From the NCBI GenBank assembly GCA_016930515.1, contig JAFGGO010000074.1, positions 4,790 to 68,789 of the forward strand: DNA of 64,000 bases. Direction: 5' to 3'. The notes under the pieces are model-generated. The model worked only from the letters and a program-made list of their open reading frames with translations. It was not told the origin of the DNA and searched no databases. The translations under genes were made by a program, and so were the position numbers. Shown here one piece after another: positions 21,291-30,952 of this stretch (position 1 is the stretch's first letter; each line of letters starts with the position of its first letter). Source of the DNA: Promethearchaeota archaeon (GTDB taxonomy: Archaea; Asgardarchaeota; Lokiarchaeia; Sigyniarchaeales; SOKP01).

Positions 21291-21737
21291 TTAGTTTAGG
21301 ATGACTCTATTTATCAACGTCTTACCAGCAATTTCCCATATCTCTACTTGAGCCGTTGACAATTTCGCTGGTTCTGATTGTAATTCCTTGAGCTTGTTGA
21401 CCAATTCCTCTTCAGTAGGCCATTCCACATCGATGGATTCATAAGATTCTAAATTCATGATGTTAATTGCATTCTCTTCGATAAAATTTATCTGAGCTGT
21501 ACCTTTCAGAATTTCAGGAACTTCAGTCAAGTGTCCCGAAGGAATAGTAAGAGATCTCTTGTTTCCATCGAACAATCCGACACAAACAACTCGTACTTTC
21601 GCATGACCATGCTTGCCACTTTTTGACCTTTCTGTTGATTTGATAACACATGGTTCGTTATCCACCATAATGTATTGTCCCGTTTTTAATTTTTGGACTT
21701 CGACTCTTTTAATTGAAAAAGCTTTCTCACCTTTCGT
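21291..21737 (-). CDS. eif5a: Translation initiation factor 5A (start codon non-canonical or damaged)
   Basis: Hypusine loop SKSGKHGHAK. The frame is open 23 codons upstream of the tracked ATG (21668) and encodes the conserved first strand (KRVEVQKLKTGQYIMVDNEPC), back to ACG at 21737. Confidence 0.9.
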   Translation of the reverse strand, partial: TKGEKAFSIKRVEVQKLKTGQYIMVDNEPCVIKSTERSKSGKHGHAKVRVVCVGLFDGNKRSLTIPSGHLTEVPEILKGTAQINFIEENAINIMNLESYESIDVEWPTEEELVNKLKELQSEPAKLSTAQVEIWEIAGKTLINRVILN

Positions 21738-21943
21738 TCATTAATATTGTTTATAACAATTAATATTATCCCTAAAATTTATTTCTTGCTAATTAATGTA
21801 ATATTTTCAAATAAATTCATCAAGAATTTTTTTTAAATCATACACCTTAATATAGCTTTTTTTAAATTAAATACCACATTACTATTTTTAAGGATTTTTT
21901 AAAAAATTTTTAAAAAGAAACCACGACTCGTTGATGATATAAC

Positions 21944-23326
21944 ATGAAAGAATTCGGTAGAAAGCTCGAAGACCTGATGAGAAAGATTCGAAAACTACCT
22001 TCCATAAATAAAGAAGAAATAATGGCCATAATCCAAGATCTCCAAAGAGCAATGCTTGAAGCAGATGTTAAGGTGGATTTAGTCTTCGAGATGACAGAAA
22101 ACATCAAAAAAGCAGCAATGAATACCACACTCCAAAAAGCAAAACGCAAGGACTTCGTCATCAAGCTTGTCCACGATGAGTTGATACGCGTTTTAGGGGG
22201 GAAGAAAGCACCAATAAGGATCAAGCCTGGTAAAAAGAATGTTATATTATTAGTTGGAATTCAAGGTTCTGGAAAAACAACAACAGTTGGGAAACTCGCC
22301 TACCATTTTAAAAGCAAGGGATTCAAGGTTGCAGCATTAACCACTGATACTTGGCGACCAGGTGCTTACGACCAGTTAGTACAACTCACGAAACAAATTG
22401 GTGTAGAAACTTATGGCAATCCTAATGAAAATAATGCACTAAAAATCGCCGTGAAAGAAACAAAAAAGGCCATCAACGATGGAAACGATATTGTCATTGT
22501 AGATACAGCTGGCAGGCACAAAGAGGAGAAAGAACTCATCGAAGAGATGAAAAAGATCGAAGCTGCCTTGAAACCAAATGAAGTAATACTCGTCATTGAC
22601 GGAACATTGGGACAACAAGCGTTTAACCAAGCCCAAGAATTTGCTAATGCAACCAATATCGGTTCTATTATAGTAACCAAACTCGATGGTACTGCTAAAG
22701 GGGGGGGTGCCCTTTCTGCTTGTGCTGCGACGAAAACTTTCATAAGATTTACGGGAATGGGCGAGAAAATAGAGGAATTAGAGGAATTTGACCCAACAGG
22801 GTTCGTGGGAAGCTTATTAGGTATTGCAAATCTGGAGGCGCTCGTTAAAAAGGTTCAGGATTCAGAAGCGATGGCAGATCCAGAGCTTCAAAAAAGAATG
22901 CTTCACGGGAAGTTTACGCTTGACGACCTTTGCACTCTACTCAAGAACATGAAAAAATTAGGGAAGATGAAAAATATTCTTGGAATGATGGGTGCGGGCA
23001 ACATTCCCGATGCTCTTAAAGATGATGCGGAAAAAAATATTCAAAAATGGGAAGTCATTTTAAATTCACTCACACAACAAGAAAAGGATAATCCCTTAAT
23101 TATCAAAAAGGAAAGAAAAAGAAGAATACACAGGGGAGCAGGAGTAGAATACGCAGAAATCAATCGAATGCTAGATCAATACAAACAAATGAAAAAAATG
23201 ATGAAATCTTTTGGTAAAATGGCGAAGAAAGGTAAGGGAGGAAAAGGTCCATTTCCAGGTAAGGGACTTCCGCCAGGTTTTGGAGGAAAAGGCTTAGGAG
23301 ATCTATTTAAAAAATTTGGTGGATGA
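21944..23326 (+). CDS. srp54: Signal recognition particle protein SRP54
   Basis: GTPase motifs GIQGSGKTT, DTAGR, TKLDG. Met-rich M domain. Gly/Lys-rich C-terminal tail. Confidence 0.95.
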   Translation: MKEFGRKLEDLMRKIRKLPSINKEEIMAIIQDLQRAMLEADVKVDLVFEMTENIKKAAMNTTLQKAKRKDFVIKLVHDELIRVLGGKKAPIRIKPGKKNVILLVGIQGSGKTTTVGKLAYHFKSKGFKVAALTTDTWRPGAYDQLVQLTKQIGVETYGNPNENNALKIAVKETKKAINDGNDIVIVDTAGRHKEEKELIEEMKKIEAALKPNEVILVIDGTLGQQAFNQAQEFANATNIGSIIVTKLDGTAKGGGALSACAATKTFIRFTGMGEKIEELEEFDPTGFVGSLLGIANLEALVKKVQDSEAMADPELQKRMLHGKFTLDDLCTLLKNMKKLGKMKNILGMMGAGNIPDALKDDAEKNIQKWEVILNSLTQQEKDNPLIIKKERKRRIHRGAGVEYAEINRMLDQYKQMKKMMKSFGKMAKKGKGGKGPFPGKGLPPGFGGKGLGDLFKKFGG

Positions 23327-24029
23327 TAATAACGAATTTTCAAATTTCTCGTTGATCGATTTGACAACCTTCTTAATCTTTATAGATATTTTATCCAAAT
23401 ACAGTAAAAAGGATATCGACGAGGGAAAAACACCTCAGGATATATATAACATCTGTTGCACCCTAAGAACCACTTTCTGTACCTCATATGGCATAAATAA
23501 ACATAACGATTTATACATTTTCATCTTTGAGAATAATACGATCATAAGGTTTGAGGGTAATAATTTAAGATATCTAGGACCAGATGAACGGAGTCAGGCT
23601 TTGCTTTTAAAAAAAGCCTTGGATAAATCTCAAAAATCTGTAGACTTCTGGATTAAATCCACACCGGGAATATTTGTTAAAACTTATCGAGAAGATTGTA
23701 ATTTCATCGATGTCTTAATTTCGTTAAAAAAACCCCAAATTGCTTGCATGTATAATTCTTCCTGGACTTTTCCCGAGGAAATTATACACTTAGACAAAAA
23801 GAAATTAGCTGAAATAGAGGAATTAAGTAATTTCAATGAATATATCGTCATTTTACCAATTAAAAGGGAGTTGTTAATTACATTCACAGACATGTTAGCT
23901 AAAATACAATCCACAATATTAGATAAGGTTATTTTTGTAAAGATAAATAGAATTAATAACTTGCCCGACAAAATTTTATATATTAACTATTTAATTGATA
24001 GAACGAGTGAAAAACATGATTTTAGATAA
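23316..24029 (+). CDS. TrmY-like (DUF358, SPOUT-fold) protein, divergent
   Basis: The central block IIRFEGNNLRYLGPDERSQALLLKKAL ... STPGIFV resembles archaeal TrmY as I remember it. The C-terminal knot region looks diverged. Confidence 0.45.
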   Translation: MVDDNNEFSNFSLIDLTTFLIFIDILSKYSKKDIDEGKTPQDIYNICCTLRTTFCTSYGINKHNDLYIFIFENNTIIRFEGNNLRYLGPDERSQALLLKKALDKSQKSVDFWIKSTPGIFVKTYREDCNFIDVLISLKKPQIACMYNSSWTFPEEIIHLDKKKLAEIEELSNFNEYIVILPIKRELLITFTDMLAKIQSTILDKVIFVKINRINNLPDKILYINYLIDRTSEKHDFR

Positions 24030-25404
24030 TCTAAGAGCATATATTGATGGAAAGATTAGAAATGCTACGATTTTTATACAAGAAGGAGTAATTAAGGAAA
24101 TAAAAACTAATCCTTTAAGAACAGAGGTTGATTCGATGGTAAACATGGATAAGGAGAAAAATTATATTGATTGTCAAGGAAGGATTGGCATTCCCGGTAT
24201 CATAGACATTCATTCTCATTTGAGAGATATGGAGCAATCTGAAAAGGAAACATTTCAATCGGCAACTGAAGCTGCAGCATTTTCGGGTATAACAACAGTA
24301 TTTAACATGCCTAATACGATTCCACCAGCTACAACTGCGAATCAAGTAAAAAAATGGATGGAAAAGGCGAAAGATAAAATACATATTGATGTGGGTTTTA
24401 TTGCAGGAGTTCCAAAAGAAATTAACGAAGAAGAGATGGAAAAAATATTGAGACTAGGTGTTATTGGGTTCAAGGTTTATCCACATGATTCATTATCCGG
24501 AATTGATTGGATGGATCCCTTGAGTATTAAGAAAATCCTTTGTTTTTCCTCAAGGTATCAAGTACCGATTTTTTTTCATCCTGATATCCCCTTAAATAAA
24601 ATTATAACACAAGAAAAATTTAACCAATATTTATCAGGGGGAAAAACACCTCTCATAGCCCACGATATGGTTCATAAAAAAGAAAACGAGGTTAAATTCA
24701 TTGAATTTGTCTTGGAAAATTATTATAAGATAGTTTCCCAATTAGAAATTAATCAGAACAACTTACCAATCGTTCATTTTTGCCATGTAAGTACCCGGTC
24801 AAGTTTCAAGCTTTTGAAGGAAAGTATTTCTAAATTAGGGAATAAACAAAAGATTTCTTTTGAAATTACACCACATCACTTGCTTTTATCAAGAGAACAA
24901 CAATTAAATATTCCTACTTATGGAAAGGTAATGCCACCATTGAGAGCCTGCGAAGATCAGGAATTTTTACTTAATAAACTCAATTCTGGAGAAATTGAAT
25001 TGATTGGTACGGACCACGCGCCCCATACAATCTTTGAAAAATCCAAATCTTTTCTCGATGCCCCTTCCGGATTTCCTGGATTTGAAACATACCCTTTTCT
25101 GCTTTTGGAGAGCGTACCGATAGAGATGTTTGTAAAAATTTCTTCGGAAAATCCTGCGAAAACATTTGGGTTAAAACACAAAGGATTCATCAAGAAAGGT
25201 TTCAACGCAGATATTACGATTCTTGAAATGGTTTCAAGGTACACAATAGACGCTAAAAACTTTAAATCATTGGCAAAATTCTCACCTTTCGATGGTTGGG
25301 AAACTTCAATAAAAATATGGAAAGTATTTCTTAGAGGAAAGGAAATAAAGCAAGATGTATCTAATTTTAAAGGTCAAATTTTGTTTCAGACAATAACACA
25401 TTGA
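24016..25404 (+). CDS. pyrC: Dihydroorotase-like cyclic amidohydrolase
   Basis: Metal ligands DIHSHLRD near the N-terminus and GTDHAPH near the C-terminus. ATG at 24016; the ORF opens with TTG at 23995. Confidence 0.7.
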   Translation: MILDNLRAYIDGKIRNATIFIQEGVIKEIKTNPLRTEVDSMVNMDKEKNYIDCQGRIGIPGIIDIHSHLRDMEQSEKETFQSATEAAAFSGITTVFNMPNTIPPATTANQVKKWMEKAKDKIHIDVGFIAGVPKEINEEEMEKILRLGVIGFKVYPHDSLSGIDWMDPLSIKKILCFSSRYQVPIFFHPDIPLNKIITQEKFNQYLSGGKTPLIAHDMVHKKENEVKFIEFVLENYYKIVSQLEINQNNLPIVHFCHVSTRSSFKLLKESISKLGNKQKISFEITPHHLLLSREQQLNIPTYGKVMPPLRACEDQEFLLNKLNSGEIELIGTDHAPHTIFEKSKSFLDAPSGFPGFETYPFLLLESVPIEMFVKISSENPAKTFGLKHKGFIKKGFNADITILEMVSRYTIDAKNFKSLAKFSPFDGWETSIKIWKVFLRGKEIKQDVSNFKGQILFQTITH

Positions 25405-25544
25405 TAAAATTTTGACTATTTGAAAGAAAAAAGGGAGGAATATGCATATCATTGATAGATTCTTAATACATTTTTAGTAGAAAGATTCATTAGAATTAGT
25501 TGAATAGATCATATCAATAATAATTACTTCAAAACCTACTAATC

Positions 25545-26180
25545 ATGTCATCCAAAGAAGAAGAATTTAGTATTGAAGAGGGTGCCTTGCTCGTTAAGTT
25601 TGCGCGAGAAAATATAGAATATTACCTTAAAAACAAGCATAAGATGCCCGTACCAAACGAAATTAAACAAAAATTTAGTAATAAGTATGGTGCTTTCGTT
25701 ACCTTGAATCGAGTAAGAATTTTAGGTAACCCTCTTCGAGGGTGTATTGGTTATATCGAGCCCCGCTTTGAATTGTACGATGTGATTCATAGAGTTTCAA
25801 TAAGTTCTGCGATCGAAGACCCACGCTTTACGCCAGTTATTTTGGAAGAAATGAACGAGATCGTAATAGAAATATCGATTCTCACGCCACCAGAATTAAT
25901 CGTAGTTGATAAACCTGAAGATTACTTGAAAAAGATTCTTATTGGAAGGGACGGACTCATTGCCGAAAGGGGGGCAAGAAGAGGTCTCCTTCTCCCTCAA
26001 GTCCCCGTAGATCACGATCGAAATTGGTCGGTCAAGGAGTTTTTAGACCACACATGTCAAAAAGCCATGCTCTCAAGCGACGCCTGGAAAGATAAAGATA
26101 CTAAGATTTACGCTTTTCAAGCGATATTATTCGAGGAAACGGAACCAAGAGGGAAGATCGTGAGAAAATTCATTTCCTAG
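25545..26180 (+). CDS. AMMECR1 domain protein
   Basis: RGCIGYIEP and LLPQVP motifs. 211 aa. Confidence 0.85.
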   Translation: MSSKEEEFSIEEGALLVKFARENIEYYLKNKHKMPVPNEIKQKFSNKYGAFVTLNRVRILGNPLRGCIGYIEPRFELYDVIHRVSISSAIEDPRFTPVILEEMNEIVIEISILTPPELIVVDKPEDYLKKILIGRDGLIAERGARRGLLLPQVPVDHDRNWSVKEFLDHTCQKAMLSSDAWKDKDTKIYAFQAILFEETEPRGKIVRKFIS

Positions 26181-26237
26181 CCTTTAGTATTTTTCCTTGG
26201 TCTTCGAAAGTAAAAAATAAAAAATAGGATTTTGTTA

Positions 26238-26720
26238 TTACACAAATCCAGAAACGAGTGCTAAAACACCAGCAAAAATGGAAATCCAAAATCCAAAATA
26301 AGGATCAAAAACTTCCCAAAATTCAACTTCAACAGTATAAATCCACCATTCTGCTACGACGAGATTTACACTCATCATCGATATATAATAAATAATGGGT
26401 GCAGCAATCAGCAATACACCAGAAATTACCCAAATAGCGGTACTATTAGATTTTCCTTTAGCCTTTGCTCCAGTTACTAATAATACTAGCATTGCAACAA
26501 CGATTATTATAGTTGTTATCATGCTCCATGTTGTAAGGTCAGCGTTATTATCAAAGAAGCCAGATTCACTATTTGAATTACTTTTCCAATAATAGAGCGT
26601 CCATACCCATAGATATGTATCTACAGAAGCATCGTCGAAAACAAAAGGTGCAACAAGGGCAATTAAAGCCAAAATCCCCGCAAGAATAGCCAACACATAT
26701 CCATTATCTCTAGTTGTCAT
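26238..26720 (-). CDS. Membrane protein, unknown function
   Basis: 160 aa with four predicted TM helices and Trp-rich loops. Confidence 0.4.
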   Translation of the reverse strand: MTTRDNGYVLAILAGILALIALVAPFVFDDASVDTYLWVWTLYYWKSNSNSESGFFDNNADLTTWSMITTIIIVVAMLVLLVTGAKAKGKSNSTAIWVISGVLLIAAPIIYYISMMSVNLVVAEWWIYTVEVEFWEVFDPYFGFWISIFAGVLALVSGFV

Positions 26721-26845
26721 ATTTGTTTACCTCGTTTTAAAAAACCAAGTTTTATAGATTTAATAAAATATTCACTTTATATTTAAAGCTTTATGATTTT
26801 ATAGAATTATATTTTTCTCCAAGATAATTTGTAAATTCCCTTCAT

Positions 26846-27094
26846 TTGAAAAACATGAATCAGAAAGAATCAATAGAAGAATTTTATGTCATTTTACTCA
26901 AACTTGAGTATGAAGGGAAAATAAAAATAATCTTCTCAAAAAAAAAGAGATTTTATTTAAATGAAAATTCTATTATTATTAGAAACTTTAATAACGATTG
27001 CCATTCTAATATTATTTTAAGCGAGTTGAGAGTAATAGATAGTGTTCTTTTTATGTGTGAGTTACATTCTCTTGGAATAGTCAAAACTTATTAG
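26846..27094 (+). CDS. Small hypothetical protein
   Basis: 82-aa ORF in an otherwise empty gap upstream of the DapA-kinase fusion. No motif. Confidence 0.2.
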   Translation: MKNMNQKESIEEFYVILLKLEYEGKIKIIFSKKKRFYLNENSIIIRNFNNDCHSNIILSELRVIDSVLFMCELHSLGIVKTY

Positions 27095-27124
27095 CTTCTT
27101 ATAAAAAAACAGAAAACCAATATC

Positions 27125-29173
27125 ATGTCAAAAATAGAGCAAATTAGGGGCATCATCTGTCCAACTATTACATTTTTTGATGAAAATTATAACATAAACG
27201 AAGAGCTGAATTCTCTCCTTTTTCGACATGTTCTTTTAAACGGTGCAAATAGTCTTTTATTGTTTGGCACTACGGGTGAAGGACCTTATTTTTCAAATCG
27301 AATTGAAGATAAGATTAAATTAATTAGATTGGCTTACGAGGTTACTAAAGAAGAGATCCCCATAATTACAGGAATCTTTGGAAATAATTCAGATGTAATT
27401 TTAAACGAGATAGAAACATTAGGAAAGAAATTCAAGTATCTTTCGTTCATGATCCCTCCACCAATGGAACCCATGGAAGAAGAAGGATTAAAAGGATATT
27501 ATTCTGAGATTTTTGAAAACTTTTGTTTGGAGAACAAAATATTACTTTACAACAATCCAAATCTCTTCCTCAACAACAATATATCTCCATCTCTCCTCTC
27601 TTCCTTAAGAGAATTTCCAACTTTACTTGGAATTAAGGATTCTTCTGATAAATTTGGAAATTATAAAGGATATATTGAACACCTTGGAGAAGATTTCATG
27701 GTTTGTTGCGGTAGGGAAAGACAATTTTCTCATTTTCTGCAGTTAATCCCTAATAAATCAAGAAGATTTGCTGGGTTGGTCCCAAGCATTGGAAACTTGG
27801 TGAATATATGCTTGAAACTGTATCAGGCAGCTTTAGAGGACGATCCGCTACAAATCGAAAAATTCCAAACAGACATTAACGACTTCCGCGAGAAAATATT
27901 TGGTAATCAAGACATTGCGGGAAAGCAACAGAGAGGTCTTAAATATGCTTTCTATCATTTATATAAAATATCAACAAAAACACCATTTGTCACTGCGATG
28001 ACCGTATCACCAGATTTCAATTTTTCTTTAGAAGAAGTAGCAATGGACAGGATAGAAGCAACTGTAAGGTATCTTTTGAATTTAAACTACATTAATAAAA
28101 TCTTTCCGATTGAGAATAATTATTATAGTTTTAGCGATATAAAGGCAATATTTTCAAATACAGATTTTCTCAAGGGATTAGGCGACTTAAAAAGACTTAG
28201 AGGCCCCTATGAGAGAATTGGGAGACAAAGCACGATTTTTCGTCTCAAACTTGACCAAGATATTGTCTTAAAATGTAAAGATAATAACGTCAAGGAGGGT
28301 GCTATTTGTGGGGAAAAGCTATTATTTCCTTTCCTAGATGGAACTCTTGACATAAATACATTAGAACTTAGGACGGAGATTAAAAAAATTGTATCTAAAA
28401 CTCGAGGAAGATATATTTTTTCTTCTCAAAAACCTCCCATCTTACCTGCAAGCGATTTGATTTATTACGATGAAAGTAAAGAGATATTGCCTTGTATTTA
28501 TTCCCTACATTCCTATATTCAAGGAAAACCATTTTATTTCTACTTAAAAAGCGTTGATGAGGAAAAGATTGCCTTAGATTCACCAAAACTTGTTAATTTA
28601 TTTAAAAATCTTGGAGTAATCCTGGGAACGCTTCACGGAATAAAGTTCAACGCTTTTTATGAACGGATTACAGATATTTCCAAGAAATCTGCTGAATTGG
28701 ATTGGTCAGAAATATTCAATAGAGAAATCGAAAATATCCTTCAAGGATTAAAAAATAACAAGTTTGAATATATTGATATAATTAAAGCCTATATTAGAGA
28801 CAACTTTTCTTTAATTGAAGAAGAAAAAGAACCAATTGCTATTCATAACGATTTTGGTGAGAGAAATATCATCGTTAAGGAAGAGCCTACTTCAATCCAA
28901 TTAAATGGAATTATAAATTTTGATAATTGGAGAATAGGCGTAAAAGCCCAAGATTTTGTCCATATCTATCTAACTACTCGTTCTTTGTCCAATTGCAAAG
29001 AACTCAGAGCTGCATTTCATGAGGGATACGATAAAACAAGTAAATTAAACTTAAATCGTGATTTTCTAAAAAAAATCGAGATATACACGGTTAAATGGCA
29101 GTTAGAAGAATTAAATAGAATGCCTAATAACGAACATTCCCTTCTTTACTTGAAAAATCTATTGTCACTATAA
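27125..29173 (+). CDS. Fusion protein: DapA/NAL-family class I aldolase (N-terminal) + APH/choline-kinase-like phosphotransferase (C-terminal)
   Basis: N-terminal part has GTTGEG and the Schiff-base region GIKDSS. C-terminal part has the kinase catalytic loop IHNDFGERNII and the NFDNWRIG metal-binding Asp region. 682 aa in one frame. Confidence 0.7.
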   Translation: MSKIEQIRGIICPTITFFDENYNINEELNSLLFRHVLLNGANSLLLFGTTGEGPYFSNRIEDKIKLIRLAYEVTKEEIPIITGIFGNNSDVILNEIETLGKKFKYLSFMIPPPMEPMEEEGLKGYYSEIFENFCLENKILLYNNPNLFLNNNISPSLLSSLREFPTLLGIKDSSDKFGNYKGYIEHLGEDFMVCCGRERQFSHFLQLIPNKSRRFAGLVPSIGNLVNICLKLYQAALEDDPLQIEKFQTDINDFREKIFGNQDIAGKQQRGLKYAFYHLYKISTKTPFVTAMTVSPDFNFSLEEVAMDRIEATVRYLLNLNYINKIFPIENNYYSFSDIKAIFSNTDFLKGLGDLKRLRGPYERIGRQSTIFRLKLDQDIVLKCKDNNVKEGAICGEKLLFPFLDGTLDINTLELRTEIKKIVSKTRGRYIFSSQKPPILPASDLIYYDESKEILPCIYSLHSYIQGKPFYFYLKSVDEEKIALDSPKLVNLFKNLGVILGTLHGIKFNAFYERITDISKKSAELDWSEIFNREIENILQGLKNNKFEYIDIIKAYIRDNFSLIEEEKEPIAIHNDFGERNIIVKEEPTSIQLNGIINFDNWRIGVKAQDFVHIYLTTRSLSNCKELRAAFHEGYDKTSKLNLNRDFLKKIEIYTVKWQLEELNRMPNNEHSLLYLKNLLSL

Positions 29174-29201
29174 AAAAATATGAGTTCTGTTTTTAGGATT
29201 T

Positions 29202-29555
29202 TTATTCGTATAAAACGCAGGCTACTAGCGAATAATTCCAAGGAGCTTTATTGCCATCGTAAATCAAGCTCTTTACTTCATCTAAGGGATCTTTTCCAGA
29301 ATGTTTATTGAAAACTTGCCAACCCAGTTTACCAATGGAGTCCTCATCAAGCAAGAATTCTTTAAAGTTTTCTTTTATGCCTCCCCAATATATGGATTTT
29401 GAATCGATTATCTCCTTTAGTTCTGGTAGGGTTAATAACCCTTCTTTTACCAAATTTTCGGTAACTTGTGGGAAAAACTCGCTAAATACGCTTGAAACTT
29501 CCTGGGGCGCACCAATATTTCTATCGTATAATAATACAATTCCTATAGCTTTCAT
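29202..29555 (-). CDS. Hypothetical protein
   Basis: 117-aa ORF, co-oriented 87 nt downstream of the longin/roadblock-like gene. No motif. Confidence 0.3.
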   Translation of the reverse strand: MKAIGIVLLYDRNIGAPQEVSSVFSEFFPQVTENLVKEGLLTLPELKEIIDSKSIYWGGIKENFKEFLLDEDSIGKLGWQVFNKHSGKDPLDEVKSLIYDGNKAPWNYSLVACVLYE

Positions 29556-29641
29556 AATGTTGTCGTCATATTTTTTAATTTTTTATGTAGTAATTACGAT
29601 ATTAAATTATGGATTATATTTTATAAAATCGGTTTGGACAA

Positions 29642-30052
29642 TTACATGTTATCAAAAAAGCTTTGGACTCTTTTTTCCGTGGATTGAGTAAAGAAATCAT
29701 CGAAATCAGAAAAAAATTCAATATCATTATTCCAATTGCATAACACTTCCTCAGGATATCGTTCAAAAAACTTTTTAGATACATTTTCAAGTTCAACCAT
29801 AACTTTTTTGTCCTTTAATTTAGGACTCGAAGTCGCAATAAATAAAAAACAGTTCTTTTTAATGATGCTAAAACGCTTGTCTTTGATTTCAAAATTAGAA
29901 AGTCCGCCTTCGGAAATCTCTTCAGCGAACGAGTTTAGAGCACTCATTAACATTGCAAACAATTGTTCGTCTAATTTTTTATCAAAGACTTTTTGGTATA
30001 CGGCTACACCACTTTCGGTTAATATCCAAATGTCTTGAATTAGTTGAGGCAA
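29642..30052 (-). CDS. Longin/Roadblock-fold small protein (Asgard-type regulator-like)
   Basis: 136 aa. N-terminal pattern IWILTESGVAVYQKVF...DEQLFAMLMSALNSFAEEISEGG...FLFIATS, as in longin/MglB-like proteins. Confidence 0.4.
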   Translation of the reverse strand: MPQLIQDIWILTESGVAVYQKVFDKKLDEQLFAMLMSALNSFAEEISEGGLSNFEIKDKRFSIIKKNCFLFIATSSPKLKDKKVMVELENVSKKFFERYPEEVLCNWNNDIEFFSDFDDFFTQSTEKRVQSFFDNM

Positions 30053-30158
30053 TGAAAACCAACCTCAGAGGTTTTTTTTCTTATTTAAATATTAATAGAT
30101 AATTCGTCTATTTATTTATTAGTTTATTGTTTTACGATAATAAAAAAAAGAAGTACAA

Positions 30159-30893
30159 TTATTGGGTATTTTTTTTAAGAAAAAGTTTTTTCATCCAATT
30201 TGGTAAGATGAATCCTCCATAATAGCAAAACGCGGCTGCAATTAATATAATCCTAGTGACTGGCAGAAATTCAGGCGGAACAAATGATGCGGCATCTAGT
30301 AAGGCACCGATAGTAAAAAGGGTAAATGCGACTATTAATATCTTCCCCTTTAACTTATGCTCGGGTTGGGAGGATTTTAAAGTAACCCGTCCAAATATGA
30401 ACCCTGGAACAACAAACACCATTAAGTTCACGGCGATCCAAACTAGAAATAGAGGCGTATATTCGACATCGACTATGGAAACGACCTCTCCTATAACCAA
30501 TGTGTCAGTAAATGCGAAATATAACAGGAGGATCTCAAAAACAATAGTAAAAATTGCGTAGATCCCAACGATGATCTTCTGCTTTTCCTTATAAAAAAGG
30601 CTCATCATGAGGCTTAACCATATTAATTGATTGATTGGCATCAATAGATTTCCAATAAGTAAATATATAACGGGATAGGACATGAGTCCGTCTGTATTAG
30701 TTATTAAAGCAATTACAAACGAAATAGCGCTCGACCACCAAGATTCCGTAATTAAAATCCACACCAATCCAACATAAATATACATTCTTTCCTTGTTCTT
30801 CCGATACCCCCACCCAACTCTGATTCCAACCAATATAGAAATGGATATAAAAATAAGGGAAAAAATTCCGTTAACAATAATATTAGTTTCCAT
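30159..30893 (-). CDS. Seven-helix membrane protein, unknown function
   Basis: 244 aa with about 7 TM segments. No retinal-binding Lys in the last helix, so not a rhodopsin. Confidence 0.45.
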   Translation of the reverse strand: METNIIVNGIFSLIFISISILVGIRVGWGYRKNKERMYIYVGLVWILITESWWSSAISFVIALITNTDGLMSYPVIYLLIGNLLMPINQLIWLSLMMSLFYKEKQKIIVGIYAIFTIVFEILLLYFAFTDTLVIGEVVSIVDVEYTPLFLVWIAVNLMVFVVPGFIFGRVTLKSSQPEHKLKGKILIVAFTLFTIGALLDAASFVPPEFLPVTRIILIAAAFCYYGGFILPNWMKKLFLKKNTQ

Positions 30894-30952
30894 AATAAAT
30901 CCTTATTTTATTATTATAGTTGATTTATAATGATAAAATTTATATATAAATT

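Noticed and set aside
30159-30893. Seven-TM protein as a possible schizorhodopsin/heliorhodopsin, which are known in Asgard archaea.
   Set aside because: There is no Lys in the last transmembrane helix for a retinal Schiff base, and no rhodopsin-like helix-3 motif.
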